Positions 22,801-24,000 of a stretch of DNA of 24,000 bases are shown here, one piece after another. Under the pieces are notes generated by a model. That model saw only the letters and a program-made list of their open reading frames with translations, had not been told where the DNA came from and did no database searches. The stretch spans positions 669,956-693,955 of the forward strand of contig QAZA01000045.1 of NCBI GenBank assembly GCA_003054695.1, read 5' to 3'. The position numbers and the translations under genes are program-made. Position 1 is the stretch's first letter. Each line of letters begins with the position of its first letter. The DNA is from Verrucomicrobia bacterium LW23. GTDB taxonomy: Bacteria; Verrucomicrobiota; Verrucomicrobiia; Methylacidiphilales; UBA1321.

Positions 22801-24000
22801 CGCGGGCGTGTCCTTCGTTTCGCTGCTGCTGTTGCCGCCCAGCTCTACCACGCCCATGGCGGGGGTGCCGGGGCCGGACGTCGCCGCCGTTTCCGTATCG
22901 GGCGCGGCGTCGGGGCGCACTTCCACTTCTATCTTCTGCTTAAAGTCGTAAGTCTTCGGTGCTTCGGCAATGCCGGGTTCGGAGATCTGCGGGAGCATCA
23001 GCATGCTGCCCTTCGTCACCACGGCAAAGGCGGCGGCGAGGTACAGCACTTGGGCGGTTTTGCTAAACACCGGGTTGCCGGTGCTGCTGCCGCGGATAAA
23101 CTCCTCCCACGTGGGCAGGGTAAGCTGGATATTGCGGCCCTCCACGCGAACGCCGGGCGCCGCGGCCAGGGCGGCGGCGGCCAGCACTTCATCGCTCACC
23201 GAGCCCGCGGTCGGCGGGCCGGGCAGGCGGATGGAATCGGCGCGCGCGGCAACCGTGTCCGGGCGTAGCTCCTCGCCGGGGGTGCCGGAGGCGGGGCGGC
23301 CGGAGCCATCGCCCAGCAGTCCGGCACTGGCGCGGGGCATCAGCCGGGCGCGACCAGGCGAGGCAGTGGCGGCGTCGATCTTAACGCCGCAAAACATGCA
23401 AAACGCGGTCTCCAGATGATCCGGCAGCAGCGCCTCGTTGGCGCACGCGGTGCAGCGCACCTCGCGAAACCCCGGGCGGGCCGGCTCCGCGGCCTGCAGG
23501 CGGGAGAGGCCGCCGGCGTAGCCGCCGCTGTCCAGCCGCGCCATGCGCGCGGTGGGGCCGGAGGCGATGAGATTGCGCACCTGCTCCATCGTGTGCGGCG
23601 TCACCGTCTGCAACAGGTAGGAGAAGACGGAGCTGACCGGGCGCCACACCTCGTCCTGCGCCGTGCACACCAGCGTCTCCGCGGGCAGCGTGCCGGCGCG
23701 CAGCAGGGGCACCAGGTCGTCCGGCTTAAAGGGGCCCTCCACATGCACGCCGTCCAGGCAGTAGAAGAACGGGCCGCGCGGGGCGGCGGAGGCCTGGGCT
23801 GCGGCCAGTGCTTTGGCGTCGGAGGGATCGGGCAGGGAGATATCGGGGAAAACGTCGCTGACGGGCTGCCAGTCGCTGCTGCCTTCGGCGCAAAAAGTGG
23901 TGTCGGCGCCGAGCCGGCCCGTAGTCAGCAGCTTTTCAATATCGTTGCGGTCGGCGGGACCGTGGACGGTGAGCCCGTCCTGGCAGTAAAAGTAGATCAT
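19834..24000 (-). CDS. 1388-aa multidomain protein: GYF_2 x2, zinc ribbon, TM segment, Pro/Ala/Thr linker, SGNH/GDSL hydrolase-acyltransferase domain, low-complexity tail
   Basis: GYF_2-like segments are aa 1-52 (MIYFYCQDGLTVHGP...SSDWQPVSDVF) and aa 77-127 (FFYCLDGVHVEGP...DEVWRPVSSVF). A CxxC-N14-CxxC motif spans aa 183-204. A hydrophobic segment spans aa ~314-336. The SGNH blocks are HYGDS (801-805), NFGANE (1009-1014) and GDFIH (1111-1115). The ATG is the last codon position of the window (23998-24000), so the upstream context is not visible. Confidence 0.9.
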   Translation of the reverse strand: MIYFYCQDGLTVHGPADRNDIEKLLTTGRLGADTTFCAEGSSDWQPVSDVFPDISLPDPSDAKALAAAQASAAPRGPFFYCLDGVHVEGPFKPDDLVPLLRAGTLPAETLVCTAQDEVWRPVSSVFSYLLQTVTPHTMEQVRNLIASGPTARMARLDSGGYAGGLSRLQAAEPARPGFREVRCTACANEALLPDHLETAFCMFCGVKIDAATASPGRARLMPRASAGLLGDGSGRPASGTPGEELRPDTVAARADSIRLPGPPTAGSVSDEVLAAAALAAAPGVRVEGRNIQLTLPTWEEFIRGSSTGNPVFSKTAQVLYLAAAFAVVTKGSMLMLPQISEPGIAEAPKTYDFKQKIEVEVRPDAAPDTETAATSGPGTPAMGVVELGGNSSSETKDTPARGAQATTPAATAPSPAAETATTVATAPPAATSGTGTDSAPAASASGTPATASPAATASASTAPVSPATAPTPPGTGATTTTTASAPAPLPAAAAALPGATSSPATAGAPQTPSMAGSAPPTPAQPAPATPIAATATNAHAHPEAPAALPAQPVTPVATDSQPGTGAQPAMPVQPFTPPAASPAPTPAAPIAPGDPVATPAGPAAPVAGPLPTAPAPATVQEHQPIAIAHGNSTPAPAPAAPAATAPTASASSATSTAAAKTTPSDPLNQVLHGVMTDLFNGGSTGNASPEPETAPPPATASTPAAAHASPAPATTPQLARMNPTPGVNPNTLLKPEGVPLPKTEAERIAYGARALKIDLEKAAYVPTEDAIEDPTGSLNHFLDNLTRTQQGKPGAVTRVLHYGDSIVVMDFITGQMRERMHNLFGDSGAGYMLLDRPSASYQRMDLNWKSGGGWTIESIMKVKPKPGDYSLGGFAFDGAPGAFAEYTVPKKKEGDPYSLVEVHYLARPTGGKFDVLINGKKEGTIDTRADEVQARVARLRLNDGAETARINVTSGAPRLLGVVLERTRPGVVYDAAGVLGARCLRLKEIRPELLVAQLKERHPDLIVLNFGANESDDDNRSMAAIEADYSRLLALFRQALPKASILVMGALDRGERRNGKVVTKPNMPTIIMAQRAAALKNGCAFFNTFVAMGGDGTMGRWHSMRPRLVSGDFIHPTESGAAVVGDSLYRAVMKSFLLRVADRVLNPGVPIPGAPPANTPAPLTPPRTPGNATASGPAAPASTPTTTPAPAPAAVPATFATPATAPATTSAANTPATAPAPVSGPQGDGNGGAAPDNVPVSAPMPDLASIPTAPIAAAPPTAPRAERVERPEKDKDKDKDKLNNKRDRTERADRDRNDAPRPSSSPQPQQQEARRPAPAVGNGMATANRTGGSSSPATTSAPPLHTTAAAPPRASRPARAERTEQATPQRRPSSPGSTISATRESMYE

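Noticed and set aside
1-24000. Defence island, prophage or mobile-element hypothesis for the window as a whole
   Set aside because: I could recognise no integrase, transposase, recombinase, nuclease/helicase defence-type genes, toxin-antitoxin pairs or reverse transcriptase in any frame. The gene set is housekeeping and envelope-related. The only mobile-looking features are the non-coding palindromes.

Overview
This is a GC-rich bacterial chromosomal window (by eye well above 60% GC). All six frames stay open, so most long ORFs in the track are antisense shadows. I can support 16 protein-coding genes. I found no rRNA, tRNA, CRISPR, transposase, integrase or phage genes. Gene content is mostly housekeeping and envelope-related: a YciE-like DUF892 protein, a DUF4886 SGNH-like protein, a small 2-TM protein, a class I/II aminotransferase, an FGGY sugar kinase with a basic low-complexity N-terminus, a tRNA-dihydrouridine synthase, a KH+R3H RNA-binding protein, gmd and fcl (GDP-L-fucose synthesis), shikimate kinase, an ECF sigma factor with a minimal membrane anti-sigma candidate, an APC permease-USP fusion, a hyper-acidic TPR protein, and an AlgI/DltB-type MBOAT next to a 1388-aa protein (GYF, GYF, zinc ribbon, TM, Pro/Ala/Thr linker, SGNH). 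Two things deserve a second look. (1) The MBOAT plus giant SGNH pair looks like a glycan O-acylation module tethered to a cytoplasmic GYF/zinc-ribbon module, an architecture I do not recognise from characterised systems. (2) Most of the long intergenic gaps (8 of 12) hold palindromic elements of three families. The first is a hairpin superfamily whose arms have 9-bp CCTTNGCG periodicity; two copies begin on the base right after a stop codon. The second is a ~120-nt three-hairpin element, also present as a ~325-bp composite palindrome. The third is a 164-bp palindrome with AGACCAATT termini. Taxonomic origin cannot be determined from the window; the GYF_2/PAT-rich giant protein and the repeat style are reminiscent of PVC-group bacteria, but that is only a guess.
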